64,000 nt of DNA, from the NCBI GenBank assembly GCA_951406725.2, contig OX597816.1, positions 16,988,001 through 17,052,000 on the forward strand. The letters are read 5' to 3'. The first letter of the stretch is position 1, and the number at the start of each line of letters is the position of its first letter. The translations under genes were made by a program, and so were the position numbers. Shown piece by piece: positions 37,394 to 51,229 of this stretch. Below the pieces are notes generated by a model, which had not been told where the DNA came from, did no database searches, and worked only from the letters and a program-made list of their open reading frames with translations. Origin of the DNA: Octopus vulgaris (lineage: Eukaryota).

Positions 37394-40300
37394 AGGAGAA
37401 ATATTGTGAAAAGAAAAGTGGTAAGACAGTAAATGCAACAGGAGTAAGTGAAAGACACATTGTTTGATAGGCCAGGGTAGAGAATGTATGCAAACAGTTA
37501 TGCCAAAGGAGCAGCAAGGTTATGCTGATACTTTTCTAAGCATTTGCTTTCTCTTGCTGCTTTCTAACAGAGATAAAAATACAAAGACAGAGAGAAAAGA
37601 GAACATCCGTGAGCTAGTGATTGTAGTGTAGTGTTTTAATGAGCAACTGTCAGTCAACTGAATGGCTGTCATACACAAACATACACAGGTCCAAAGATCA
37701 AAACCTATCCAAAGATACACACATATATGCATATGCACACACACGCAAAGACCCAAATATCAAAATATAAGAAGTTACAGTCATATAGAAGGCATACTCC
37801 CCCTTATTATGAAAGAATACTGATGAAATATTTCTGTTAAGACCTCTGTAAAATGTACGCACAAGAGACCAGACATAATGATCTGGGACAAAGTAAGAAC
37901 AAAGTGTGGACAGTACTAGAAATCAGTAGTCTAGTGAATGTTAACATGTCTAAGATAAAACATAAAGATCCATTCTGAAATAATGAGAAATCTGCACACA
38001 CACTGAGTTAATACATCTAAATCAGTGATTATTAGTGCACTTAGCTATGTAGCTGACTACCTCTGCACCAATCCTGATAAGCTGCACTTCACAAAAGCAA
38101 AAGAGACAGAGCCAATTGAAAAATTATAACTGCAAACTATAAATGAAACTTGTAATACTTTTCAAAAATTTAACCTCGAGTATATACACACACACATATG
38201 TAAAAACATACAGATTTATGTATATGTACCTATATAAAAGTAAAACCATACAAATCCCATATGCAGTGATATACAGAAACACACATGCATACATACATTT
38301 GGTGAGTATGTACATAGCTACCAAATGTATTCATATATGTATATGCCTGTGATCGTAGTGAAAACTATTCATAGGTAGGGCGTAGGGCAAGAAGTGAATA
38401 TTTCAAGAGAGTAAAGAACATATGTTTATCAGAACTTCCAACAAGCATATATATCAAAACAGCACTACAATGCTTATTCTGACACCTACTTTGATATGAG
38501 CATGATAACATTTTAAGATATACATAGTAATTTAGAAATTACTCAGTGTTACTGAAATCTCAGCATTATGCAGACATATTTCCTATGCATCTAGAATAGT
38601 TGCGACATTAAATCAGTATCAACCTCATACATAACTCAGACTGCAATACTAAAGCAACCATCTCCAGCAAGGGCTAGTATAATCTAGCCTGAGTTAGCCC
38701 ACTCAAGACCTTCCCTACAGAAATGGTTATCACAAAAGTGCCTCCCTAAAGACAGTCATCTATGCATGCTGACCAACTTTCCCATTCGCAGCATAAACTT
38801 GTGTTTAAATGCTTATGATGTATATGAAATTTAGGACAATAAATGCTATTGTAAGAGACAACGATGCAGTGGTTGGAAAATGAACTTCTGAACCACACAG
38901 CCTTGCCTACACCTATGCTCAGTCTTGCCTGAAATTAATACCTAAAATATAATCACATGAATTCACTATATTTTTCATAAATTGTCTTAAAAACATGCTG
39001 ACAATATTTCTCAGAGAATATTACAATAAATTCAAACACTGACAAATCTGCTAATTACAACTGTATTGATAATTTTACTTCATCATCATCATCATTTAAC
39101 GTCTGCTCTACAACAATGCCCAGCAAACTAGACTCTTCTACCTTTCACAAGAGATGATACAGGTGGTAGTTTCCCATATATTTGTACTTTGGTTGGATGA
39201 TGATTCCACGAGAGATTTTGTGATTCTCTCTCCAATGCCCAGTCTCTTTTACAATCTCTTGAACAAGCCTCAATGAGTCCAAGACTGAATATGTAAACAA
39301 GTGCCTGTCCAACAGTGATTTCATCATCCATACTTTCAACAATAAGCTCTTAAATATGGTTTCTGGCATGGAGCAATAGAACGTGCTTATCCAAGGTACC
39401 ATGCCGTGGGATTGAAACCAAAACCAAGTGGTTGGAAAGCAAACTTGTAAATGACACAACCCTACTTGTACTTGTAAACAACTATTTTTTTCACAATGCT
39501 ATTGTGAGAAGAATAGTGAATACATACAATTTTCAAAAGTAAAAAATAACATCACAAAGACTTCTAAGATATGAATTCATTAATTAGGAAATAAATAATT
39601 CATAATGGTATCTTTTCAGTAACAATATATATTATATTAGGTATTAATGTAAAAAATAATCAATCAGTGGCTACAAAACTGAATATGGGTAAAAATATGA
39701 GACTGTAAACTTTCAGAAACTTAATACATATATTATTATTATTAACATTTTTTGTTTTGTTTTTAACATTAAATTATTATTAGCAGTTTAGGTCATGGAA
39801 GTAAGGAAATTTTATCTAAATTTTAAATTATTTTCTAATCCAAAGAATATGTACGAAATTTTCTCAATATATTATCCTACTTTGTAAAGAACTAAATTCA
39901 AAGCAATTTTGAAATAAGCTCTCATAGTTACCTATGAAAGCATTTGTACCTTTTTTTTTTTTCAGATATAAAATTCAAATCTTACTATATCCAAACCCTT
40001 AATTTGAAATTTGTATATCCTGTATATCAAGGTGCAGAAGAGAAAAGAAGTTCTCAAACAGGAACTAAGGAGAGAAACTTACAAAACATCTACAGAAGAA
40101 ACCTAAATTCTTTTCTGTGCAACTTCTAGCATACAAAATACTTCAATAGATTTAACATGACATAGTTATTTAACATCTCCAGATTACTTTGCTAGGCTTC
40201 ATACTACACTTTTAATCAGTTCTTACTCAAATTGCCAGTTGGTTGTCAATTCTTGTATTACGCATATTTTAAAATGAACTTCAAGAATTGAATTTTATTT

Positions 40301-40854
40301 TTTATGTAAGGTTTAGATCAACAAACCTACAATTTTTTTCAATTTAGCGATTAACAGTATTGAAACAGTATTGAAAAGAGTATTCAAGAATTCAAAAAGG
40401 AACAAGATATATTTTATGATTTGTTTTCATGCAGTGATTATTTGGAGTAAATTAATAACATCCATTGAGTTGAAGGGCCTGTAAAGATCATGACTGCAAA
40501 CCTTTCATTCTAGCAAAAATGTTTTGTGAGTCAATAACTTGAAATGTAAGAAACAGGAAACACTAATTTCAATGATAATATAAATGAGAGAATTTAAGCT
40601 ATGACAAACACTTTTACAAGTACTGGAAATACTTTTCATTTCAGAGGTAAGACTAGGGAACTAACAGTAATTGTAAGCATGTTGAAAAATACTTCATTTC
40701 AGTAGTTTCATCCCTTTCAAATGGAACACTCAAAAATCAAAGAGACCACCAAAATAACGTTTTAATAAAACAACTATCCTAACAAATTAAAAAGATTTGG
40801 CTTTGTGCTTTGTGTCAAAGTAAAAATTTATTAATTTTTAAATTAAAAACCAAC

Positions 40855-41393
40855 GTGCCACCGGCACAGGTATCACAACTACTATTTCCATTGATATTTA
40901 TTTCAAAATAAATATCAATGGAAATAGTAGTTGTGATACCTGTGCCGGTGGCACATAAAAAGCACCATCTGAATGTGGCCGTTGCCAGCGCCGCCTCGAC
41001 TGGCTTCTGTGCCGGTGGCACATAAAAAGCACCGTCCGAACGTGGCCGATGCCAGCACTGCCTCAACTGGCTTCAGTGCTGGTGGCACATAAAAAGCACC
41101 ATCTGAACGTGGCCAATGCCAGCACCGCCTTGGCTGGCTTCCATGCTGGTGGCACGTTAAAAGCTCCAACTAATCGCGGCCGATGCCGGACTCCCCCGGC
41201 ACCTGTGCGGGTGGCACGTAAAAAGCACCCACTACACTCGCGGAGTGGTTGGCGTTAGGAAGGGCATCCAGCTGTAGAAACACTGCCAGATCAGACTGGA
41301 GCCTGGTGCAGCCCCTGGTTTCCCAGATCCCGGTCGAACCGTCCAACCCGTGCTAGCGCGGAAAACAGATGTTAAATGATGATGATGATGATG
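40855..41393 (+). mobile_element. RTE-LINE 3'UTR copy with five repeat units and a 5' inverted duplication
   Basis: GGCAC(A/G)TAAAAAGC units at ~40950, 41017, 41083, 41151 and 41213; (GAT)n tail; 40855-40903 is the exact reverse complement of 40906-40954. Confidence 0.9.
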
Positions 41394-41888
41394 AATCTGG
41401 TAGCAAAAGTGAAGTAACAAACTAAATTTATTACAGAACTTTATCCTGCTATGGTAGTTTGGAGCAACATTTATCACTTTTGTTATTTCATGCATAAATA
41501 CCAGTAATATTCTGAAATAGACAGAATCAACACAAGTAGAAAATACTAAAGATTTGTGTAATTCCACAAAAATAGATTAAATATTTTTTGTATGTTATAT
41601 TTACATTTATATAAATTTGATTCTTGAAGAAATAAGAAGACGCAACTTAGCAAACAGATTCTTGTTACACCTACAGCGGATCATATTAATATTATGTCTT
41701 TTCTTCATTTCATAGAATCACCTGCGCTATTAATATTTTATTTGAGAACTTTCAACTATACTACTTGTGTTTCACTATGATGCAAAAAAAAATCACAGTT
41801 CTCATAAAGACAACATTGATATTTTGAAAATATAAGAATTTCTCCTAAATTACTTTGCAACTTCTGCACATCTTCTACAAAACATTAA

Positions 41889-43554
41889 CTCTTTTGTTAC
41901 CAACCCAGTTGAAACCAGCTCTGGCTCTGAGTACAAATATTTTCATCATCATCATCGTTTATCATCCACTTTCCATGCTAGCATGGGTTGGACAATTTGA
42001 CTGGGTCTGGGAAGCCAGGAGGCTGCACCAGGCTCAAGTCTGATCAGGCAGTGTTTGTACAGCTGGATGTCCTTCTTAATGCCAACCACTCTGAGTGTAG
42101 TGGGTGCTTTTTACGTGCTACTAGCAGAGGTGCCAGGTGAGGCTGGCAACAGCCAGGATCAGTTGGTGCTTTTTACATGCCACCAGCATGGAAGCCAGTC
42201 AAGGCGGCACTGGCATCGGCCACATTCAGATGGTGCTTTTTTACATGCCACCGGCACAGGTATCCAACTACAATTTCCATTTGATTTTTATTTGATGTTG
42301 ATGTACTTGACTCAACAGGTTTCCTCAAGCACAGCAGGTCACCCTACAATCCAAGGTAAGCACAGCAGGCTGTTCTGTGATCCAAGGTACTTTGGATGGC
42401 CTGGGGCTGCTATGTGAAGCTGGTGCAGGAAACAGCCATGAACTCACGTTATTTGTTGGGTCTTTACAGTCACAGCATATTTCCAGAGATCTCGGTCTTT
42501 CTTCATTGCCTCTGTGAGGCCCAACATTCAAAGTTCATGATTGACCGCCTCATCCTATGTCTTCCTGGGTTCTACCTCTACCCCGGATTCCTTTAACTAT
42601 TTGGGAGTGGCACTTCTTCATACAACTCTCCTCATCCATCCATTGTACATGACCATACCAGTGTAAACTTCTCTCTTGCACAGCACTTCCAATGCTTCTT
42701 ATGTCCAGCATTTCTCTCTGGGTGCTTATACTCTGTTGTGTGCGCACACTGACATTACACATCCAGCGGATTATGCTAGCTTCATTTCTTTCAAGCCTAT
42801 GCATGTCCTCTGCAGTTACAACCCATGTTTCACTACCGTGAAGCATGGCAGTTCGCACACATGCATCATACAATCTACCTTTCACTCTGAGCGAGAGACC
42901 CTTTGTCACCAGTAGGGGTAGAAGCTTTCTAAACTTTGCCCAGGCTATTCGTAGTCTAGTGGTGACACTCTCTGAGCACCCACATCCACTACTAACTTGT
43001 TCACCTAGGTAGCGGAAACTATCAACTATTTCTAGTTTCTCTCCTTGGAGTGTGATGGAATCTTTTTTCTGAGTATCTGTGGTGTCTATTGCCCCTGTGC
43101 ATCTGTCACACATGAAAGCTATCTTCTCAGTTAATTTTCCTTAGCTTACACTGGGTACACCTTATGGAGTTTCTACCTACACCTTTTCTACAAATTGAGC
43201 AGGGCCACCTACCTGAGGGTGTGTGTGATGAGTTCGCATTCCTACTTACTATAACTTTGGTCTTTGCTACATTGACTCTAAGGCCTTTTAATTCCAAACC
43301 TAGCTTCCACACCCGAAATTTCTTTTCTAGTTCTGGTAGTGATTCTGCTATGAGGGCCAGGTCATCAGCATAGAGGAGCTCCCAGGGGCAACCCGTCTGT
43401 TTTCATAAATTTTGAATTAAAATCTTCCACCAAACCTTAGTCACAATTTATGTTCCTAACACTAGCTGAATGATAACTAAGTTATTTTACTAAATTCTTT
43501 AAAGTAGTAGAAAGAAACACAGAACATCTCAAAATAAATACAGTAACGGAAGGA
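41889..43554. mobile_element. piggyBac-like MITE (same family as 10076-10296) split by an RTE LINE
   Basis: TTAA at 41885-41888 and 43555-43558; 41889-41942 plus ~43397-43554 reconstitute the reverse complement of the 10076 MITE. Confidence 0.85.
41943..43396 (-). mobile_element. 5'-truncated RTE-clade LINE: RT from YADD through C-terminus, 3'UTR and tail (frameshifted)
   Basis: GCPWELLYADDLALIAES (YADD at 43361-43372), GLRVNVAKTKV, ORF 42550-43113 with FRYLG, RIAWAKF, MLHGSETW, LHWYGHV, RGRGR; three 3'UTR units; (GAT)n. Confidence 0.92.
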
Positions 43555-44748
43555 TTAAATAGCATTATCAAGATAAGATGCCAAAATTACTTCCTTACTA
43601 AACAAGAAGAATGTTTTCTGAAATGGAAAACTTGAAAAGATAAATATCCAAAAGTGTCGACCTTTATTGATATCTCAGGAAAGGAAGTATTTTACTAAGA
43701 TTTTTTTCTGGGTATGTGTTTATATACACATACCTGTGTGTGTGTGTGGTGGAAGTATGTATACACACAGACACACACATCAAATGTAAATTGAATAAAC
43801 AATTCAATACTTATGTAAAGTTTTATATTGGTTATATTACTATTTATGAAACTTAAAGCTATGAATTTTACATGCATGTACGGACAAAAATATCTGTTGG
43901 GAACAGACATTATAGATTAAACTAATTTAAAATGCTTATTAAATTAATAAGTTAATTTTTGTATAATATTAATATATAATGATTGCAATTTTGTAATGAA
44001 TTATGAATTAGCTACATAAAAAGCAATTTTCTATAGACACGAATTTTAACCCAGTGAAAATATTGCTGTTACTGCTTCTGCTTGCCAGAGTAATATCATA
44101 AAAACTGTTAGACAAACTAACTTAAATTTTAGCTAATAATAGAAGAGTACATGATTATCTTAGAAAAAGAAAAACTTTCTTGTCACTTACATAAAATATT
44201 ACCTGTAGTCAATTGGTTAAAAAACTGATAAAGCTAATAATTTCCAAGTAAGCAAAAAAAAGAAGAAGAATGAAAGAAAAATCACCAACATCTTGCACTT
44301 TCCTTTCCATAACAGTTGTGTTGTCAATGAAAGCATTTTTGCCGATATCTAGTGATATGATAATTTGATTAGTCATGCCTCATGGCCAATATATTTTTAG
44401 AACTGTATAAGAATGCACTATTGAAACTACTAACAGTATTCTATAGGGTTGCTTTATTATAGTCAAGTGAAATCATATTGAATGATATAATTCAATTACA
44501 AGAACATGAACAACTATACAAAAACAAATACAAAACAGCAATATTGCAGGATAATGATGATAAAAATAAATTTTAAAATGAATTACGTTGTAATGATGAC
44601 AAACAACAAATTATAAATTACAGAAAACTGTTTTCTCAAATTTGTCTTGCATTTTGTCAACCATCAGATGAAAATGTTTTGAATAGAGAAAAAATACAAC
44701 TGAGTTTGATAAAATCACTAGTAAACCCAAAGTAGAATGCACAATATA

Positions 44749-44780
<32 letters not shown>

Positions 44781-45193
44781 AAGTTAATCCAAACAAGAAA
44801 GCACAAAAAAACACAACAACACGGGGACGTGGAACAAATATAGTATTATTGGATGCTTAGGAAAGAAGGAAAGAAGGAGGGTTTAACGTTTCGAGCAGAG
44901 CTTTTTGTCGGAAACATAGGAGAAGGAAAGATCCAGAGAAGGGAAGACAGAGGAAAAAAAAATCGCCAACAGTACACATGAGGTCACATTTTGAAACATA
45001 TATATATATATATGGTGAAACTTTACGGCAAAAACAAAAGACGAAGACAGATGGTGTACAAAACAAACAGATGTATTAGTATAACGCTCAGGAATAGAAA
45101 AAGTCTTTTATGTTTCGAGCCTAAGCTCTTCTACAGAAAGGTACACAGAAAAAACAAGGAGAGAAAAAAAATGTGTGTAGTGGCTAACGATCT

Positions 45194-45196
<3 letters not shown>
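44781..45196 (-). mobile_element. Two tandem Penelope-like terminal fragments embedded in (TA)n
   Basis: Both are bounded by (TA)n and carry hammerhead-core-like motifs on the minus strand: TTTCCGACAAAAAGCTCTGCTCGAAACG (~44887-44914) and TTTCTGTAGAAGAGCTTAGGCTCGAAAC (~45112-45139). Confidence 0.55.
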
Positions 45197-45243
<47 letters not shown>

Positions 45244-48200
45244 TACTTACATACATATGTACAACATAAGCTTTATATAAAAATAACATAAAACATTTAT
45301 GCCAATAGAGCTCTGATAATGATTATCAGAGCTTTATTTTTATATCTAAATATAAACACTTTTACAAATTGAAGAATGAGTGAAATCTCAAAGTTTGAAA
45401 GTGTATTCATGTTAAGTCGATCCTCTTTCTTTTGCTCACTCTCTCTCTCTCTCTCTTTTACACCCATGTCTCCTATATCAGCTATCCTTGAGAATAAAGG
45501 CTATTTTCAATGGATAATATTTGAAACTTACACATTGTTTCCAGTATAAAACATTAGCAAAACTCTCATTATTTTAATAAAGGACTACATATTGCATAAT
45601 TGCATAACAAATAATATCTATTATAACAAATAACAAAAATACTGAAAAGCATATCATATTGCTTATTTCTATATGTACTTGTATTGAGTGGTAGACTTAA
45701 TTTTTTGATTAGTATAATACTAGCATCTGTCCCTTACACAAATTTAGTGGACTCCATTCCAATGCAAGCTTTCAGACCAGATCTCCTAGCTGAAGAGAGC
45801 TTGATTTCTTGGTATACTGTTTCCTAGTGTTGCAATCCATGTAATATAGTTTGTTTCTCCCTTTTCCTCACAAGTCTCTTCTGACTAAACCATCAAGAAA
45901 AATCAAATAAAAAGTAACTTAAGGTTGGTAATAATAGTAAGAAATTTGGGGATCTGGTAGCTTTCACTGAATATAGTTTGTATCTCAAATATACCCTCAG
46001 GTTTTCAAGCTTAACAGTATCTTTATCAAAACATGAAATTTTCACTGATATAATCCAATGAAGATGTGCAATTTATCAATTTGCCGGAAATAACATTAAA
46101 ATCACCTCAAATGACACCCTACCATTAAAATAGAAAGGATACATCAAACAATGTATTCCTAGTATCAAAAAAGACAGGATGATCACACATGGCCTTTGAA
46201 CAGAAGTTTTGTTCAATCAAGGAAGACTTGAAACGAAACAACAAGAACAGTTTCCAAAGTTTTAGCACTTTAAAAACAACAACAATACATGCAACTACTA
46301 TTCAGTTAATACATTCCATAAAGACTGCTTCATAACAGTTTTAATCATTAATGGATATTTTTAATTCAATTATTTCTAAATTATTCTCAAATCCTTGTCA
46401 TTAAATTACTAGAAATAGATTTATATCATGACTTCTTCCCCTGAAAAGCATTATAAGAAATATTTTGTGCAAAATAATGGGTGCAGCAAATAATCTTAAA
46501 ATTCTATTTTATGTGTAGAATTTGTCAATCTCATATTGAAATATCAACACAATCCAAATAAACAGGCAAAACTTGGTTAAAAAATGTAATTCTAAAAATG
46601 TATTGAGCAATAATCACTTTTCCTTTTAGCAAGAATTTAATTAACTAAACATAACTAAAAGTTGAAGAATGAACCTAGTTTACAGAGAGAAATAAAAATT
46701 ACCAAAGAGAGGATGAGAGAAAAATATAATCAAAATAGATTACATTCTCTTCTGATAAATAATGGTATTCCCAAGTTTGCTGGCTGTTCAAATAGCTGAA
46801 ACTTGTAACTGATAAAATGGAAATCAATGTCTGCTTTCATAAAGTCTATAAAAAAAGTACATATCTTTACTATGTCCACATGTAGGAAAAAATCTTTAAA
46901 CAACAGGATAGTTCGCAGTAATTTCCACATTGATTTACAATAATATAAATTATTTTGAGTAAGTATACATATATTTATACAGATATGTACTGTCTATAGA
47001 ATCAAGTTCTAGGCATCAGTTTACAAGCTTCTTTGGAATAAAAAGAAATATTTCTTGATTTTCACACACACAGGTATCAGTACTGTCTGAGTTTATAAAT
47101 AACTTAAATGAATTACACCATCAATTTTAAAATGTATCAGTCTCCTTTCACTGTAAATATGATTTCTACAATAGCAAAAAGTTTTAAATGTCTGACAATA
47201 TATTTCAAACAAAGCTTCACGTAGACAAACATAGTACAGTGAACAAAAAATACTTTAAACAAAGACAATTTACATATCACACTAATTTTGAACATGTTTT
47301 AAATAGAGGAATATTATGTAAAAAGCAAAATCGAAGTAAAACAATATCATGATATTAAAAAAATACAAAAATGCATTAACATTTTCCTATAACAGCAATG
47401 TATGAAAAAAGATAGATGTAAACAATTTTAATAAAAGAAGTATATTAAAATACAGACAGAATATGAAATGATTTTGCTGAATAATTCATTTTACATTATG
47501 CTTTAGATAGAATATTTTTTAACTGCATATATTAAAACTACAGCTACAAATCTACAGCCTTCAGAATACTGAAAACAAAAGCATTTTGTAGCAATTCAGT
47601 TTTATATTACAACATTGTACACTCCTGTTTCATCTTAGGCAATACTAGTTTAGTATTTATTGTAAGAGATGAATTTCAAACCCTTTTCTATCACTGATGC
47701 TCATGTCCCTTTCACACACATTCAAGCAGTCATTTGTGCAAAATGTTAACCTCTTCTAGTATATTTCCGACAGCATATTGTCTTCAGAATGTTGTAGTTT
47801 CTTCAGTAGGACTAGATCTTAGCAGTGAAGAATTAACATTCAACCTCCTTTTCTTCAAATGCTTGCAGCAGGAAGCCCCTGGTGTACTATAACCAGTCAC
47901 ATACACCAAAAGCTTTCACTCATTAGCAATAGATGTGATTCTTGCCTTTGACAATAGGTGCAGGCATGGTCAAATCGTTAAGTTTTTTACTTTGAAATCT
48001 AGTGGTTTCCAATCTAATTGGTCAAGTGCTTCTTACCATATTCTCAGCATGAGAAAAGGTTAACTTAATCATGCACACTGTTGCATTGAGTCTACCTGAA
48101 AATTACATTAAGCTGTGGAATACTCAACCGCTTAATCCCTATTACAATGGTAAGATAGTTCTATTGACCAAACAGCTGAAACAATAAACCTTACATAACA

Positions 48201-48268
48201 TATCTGTACCAGCTACGGTACCAGCTATGATACTGACAGCATAGGATTTGAGTGTCCTATTAATATTG

Positions 48269-48452
48269 GTTACAAATTTTGGCAGAAGGCCAGCAATTTC
48301 AAAGAAGGAAGCTTAGTCAATTACATTAACCCCCAGTTCTCAGTTGTTACTTATTTCAATGACCCTGAGAGGATGAAAGGCAACATTGACCTCAGAATTT
48401 GAACACTAAGCATTTTGCCTGGTGTACAAATGATTCTGCCAGACTGCTGCAT
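48269..48452 (-). mobile_element. Older Nin/Deu-core SINE with decayed 20-bp TSD
   Basis: Family motifs present; flanks TGAGTGTCCTATTAATATTG (48249-48268) and TGAATATCCTATTAGTATTG (48453-48472), 17/20 identical. Confidence 0.75.
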
Positions 48453-51229
48453 TGAATATCCTATTAGTATTGAAGACTATTAGTTATTAATAAATCATAA
48501 AACTAAATGCAGAAATGTAGTTAGTAAACTACTGAAATCACATTCAACCTAAATACAATAAGCATTTGAAGACTCATACTTAAAATCAGCAAAGATGGCA
48601 GCAATCAGCAAGCATCAAGCAAGATGTAGCCAGTAGCTATTTCCAAAATAAGAGTCTCTGGATAGCACTCATTTTAAGTTGCTTTGATTACTGTTCCAAT
48701 GTGTGGTTGCACCACTTGCAAAGTTTAGAAATGATAGCTTAAAGTAATTGATAAAACATTTCAAACAAATAATAGAAAAGTTTGGAAGACAAGATGTAAC
48801 ATCTATCTATATGTAATACCTAAAGCAAACATTAGTAACATACTAGAGCCAAGTCATTTGACTACATCCTTTTCCTATAAAATGCTACCAATTAGAATTA
48901 AGCAATATTTTATAAACTTAGAATAATAACAGAATAACAATTATTTCCAAAAGAGTGTTGAGTAACTAAATTACTTCAGATCTCTAAACAAAATCTGTAA
49001 AATATTAATCAGTGTTCAAGCAACGAATATATTAACTTCAATTAGATAAATTCTCAAGAAATAGTGATTTACAAACATGTATTTAAATTAAATAAATATA
49101 ACTTTGCTCAATAGCAAATGTTAGATGTCATCCAAGCTATTGATTTTATGTAACTCATAACAAGTTTCAAGTATGATGAATTTTAAAATATATATATACT
49201 GACAAATGCTTTTTATTAAAATTCGAATCCTAATTTAGCAAATAATGCAGTAATTTTACGCCATTGTGGAAAGGAAATCAGAAACAACCAATTTAAAGTT
49301 ATTTTAATAAACAGTAGACTTAAGGACATGTAATTTTACTGTAAATTTTCTATTGAATTATGTACCATTGGTAAAATTCTGCATGTTATTCACAGTTGTT
49401 GCTATAATTAATGTAATTATCAGCAGAGTTTTCAAATTACTACCATTTTGCTATTAAATTCACAATAAGCAATGTCTATAACCTCTATACTTTGAGAAGA
49501 ACTAAATCAAGATAACACATAATAACTTATAAATTACTTCTATGATATTCTTATATGCAATAAGTAGTAAGTGTGGAGAACATCCCAATGATATATGACA
49601 AATAGAATTTTATAAATGATTTGAGCATTATTTAGAGAATAAGAAAGATAAATATTTAGATTCAGATATATTTGCATCAGAAACAAAATAGTCCAGCATC
49701 CTAGAGTTCAGTGCTTATTGCAAGATATCTAACTACTATATATAAAAAACAAATTTACAAGAAAGGGTTATCAAAACATTTTTCCTAAAATGTGATATGA
49801 GGTGTGGAAGGTCTTCCAAAGTAAAACAATTTTAGTAAGCAACACATTTGCATGTGTTTTGTCTTTCTTTTGAAGTTTTGTTTTCAAGCTATATCAACGG
49901 AGAATTTAATGCTTGAACTGAAGAGATTTTACCATAAAATAGAAAGACTTCTCTTACAATAAATACAACACTTAAGCTGCTAAAAGAAAATCATGGCATC
50001 AACCCTTCTTTGCAATCACTTTCTCTTCAATAAAATTGTCATACTGTTATAATGTGAAATTTTTATTCCTTATTTCATACCAAAATAAAGAATGAAACAT
50101 GTTCGGTTTTCTTTTAAATAATTCTAGGTTCTTTCAAGTACTAAGAGATGCTTGACCACTTTAGTCAATCATCTCAGTGACTTCATGTTTCTTTTAGTAT
50201 CTGTACTAGTTTACTTCATATTCTCATATCCTTTCTTCTAACAGCAATCAATCTGATAAAGTAAAACAATATTTTCCTCTCAGACAAATCAAACTTTATT
50301 ACAAAATATAACTAAATTCTTTGACTTTAGATTATATTTTCAAAATCAGTTGCCAGATAAATGTTTTAGTTTTTTTAATCTAGAAAAGCACACCATCAAA
50401 TGTATTTCCTTTTGAATACATATTAAACAGTCAAAAATATCGAAGACATCTGTCTAGGATGTTATTTCAAATGTATAGAGGTAGTCTGAGTAAAACATTT
50501 TTGACAGCAAAGTATAATCCTTGGATTTCAACGTTGTCTTTATAGATTTGCTACATGCATGATGACAATCAAATATATAGCTAAAAGTATGCAAATTTCT
50601 CTAACATTATCTATAATATCTGCTCTCTTCCAAATCTTGTTTCCATTAACCTGTGAAACTGTATCAGATCCTTTTTGGCAATCATAACAAATCTGTCATT
50701 TGCCCCCTAAATTCAAAAGCTGCCACATTTGCCAGAGAATAATTCTAAACCACTCTTCAACATCAAATATAAATTTTCATATCTCTAGATCTCAAACTCT
50801 TCATTCATCCCCTGCTCTTCTTTAATAGCTAAGTTTATCAGATACCTTTCCTCTCAATAATAGAAAGTCTTCAAATCTACAAATCTATGAATTAACCAGT
50901 TCTTTGCAAACCCTTTATCTAGTCATTCTCATCACTACATGAAACGATATGCACAATGATTTTTACCTAATACAGCTCTCCTTAAATCAGTTATAGATAA
51001 AAATCAGAAATTAGAAGAATCATTGATCTTGTCATTATATCTTTTATACCTGTGTGCCCATTCTCACCTTAAAATATGGAGGAAAGACTAAATAATGTTA
51101 ACACAACAGGAAACCCACCTTAAACCATTTCAGCATGAATTAAGGAACAGCATTTAATTTTTAATCAAGTAGCCTGAAGAAATTATACCTAACTATATAA
51201 AACCAATAGCTAAAGCAAGAGATAAATAT

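Noticed and set aside
44183-44207. Possible 12-nt minus-strand micro-exon (CTACAG|...|GTAAGTG)
   Set aside because: Splice-like motifs occur often by chance; weak polypyrimidine tract and no transcript evidence.
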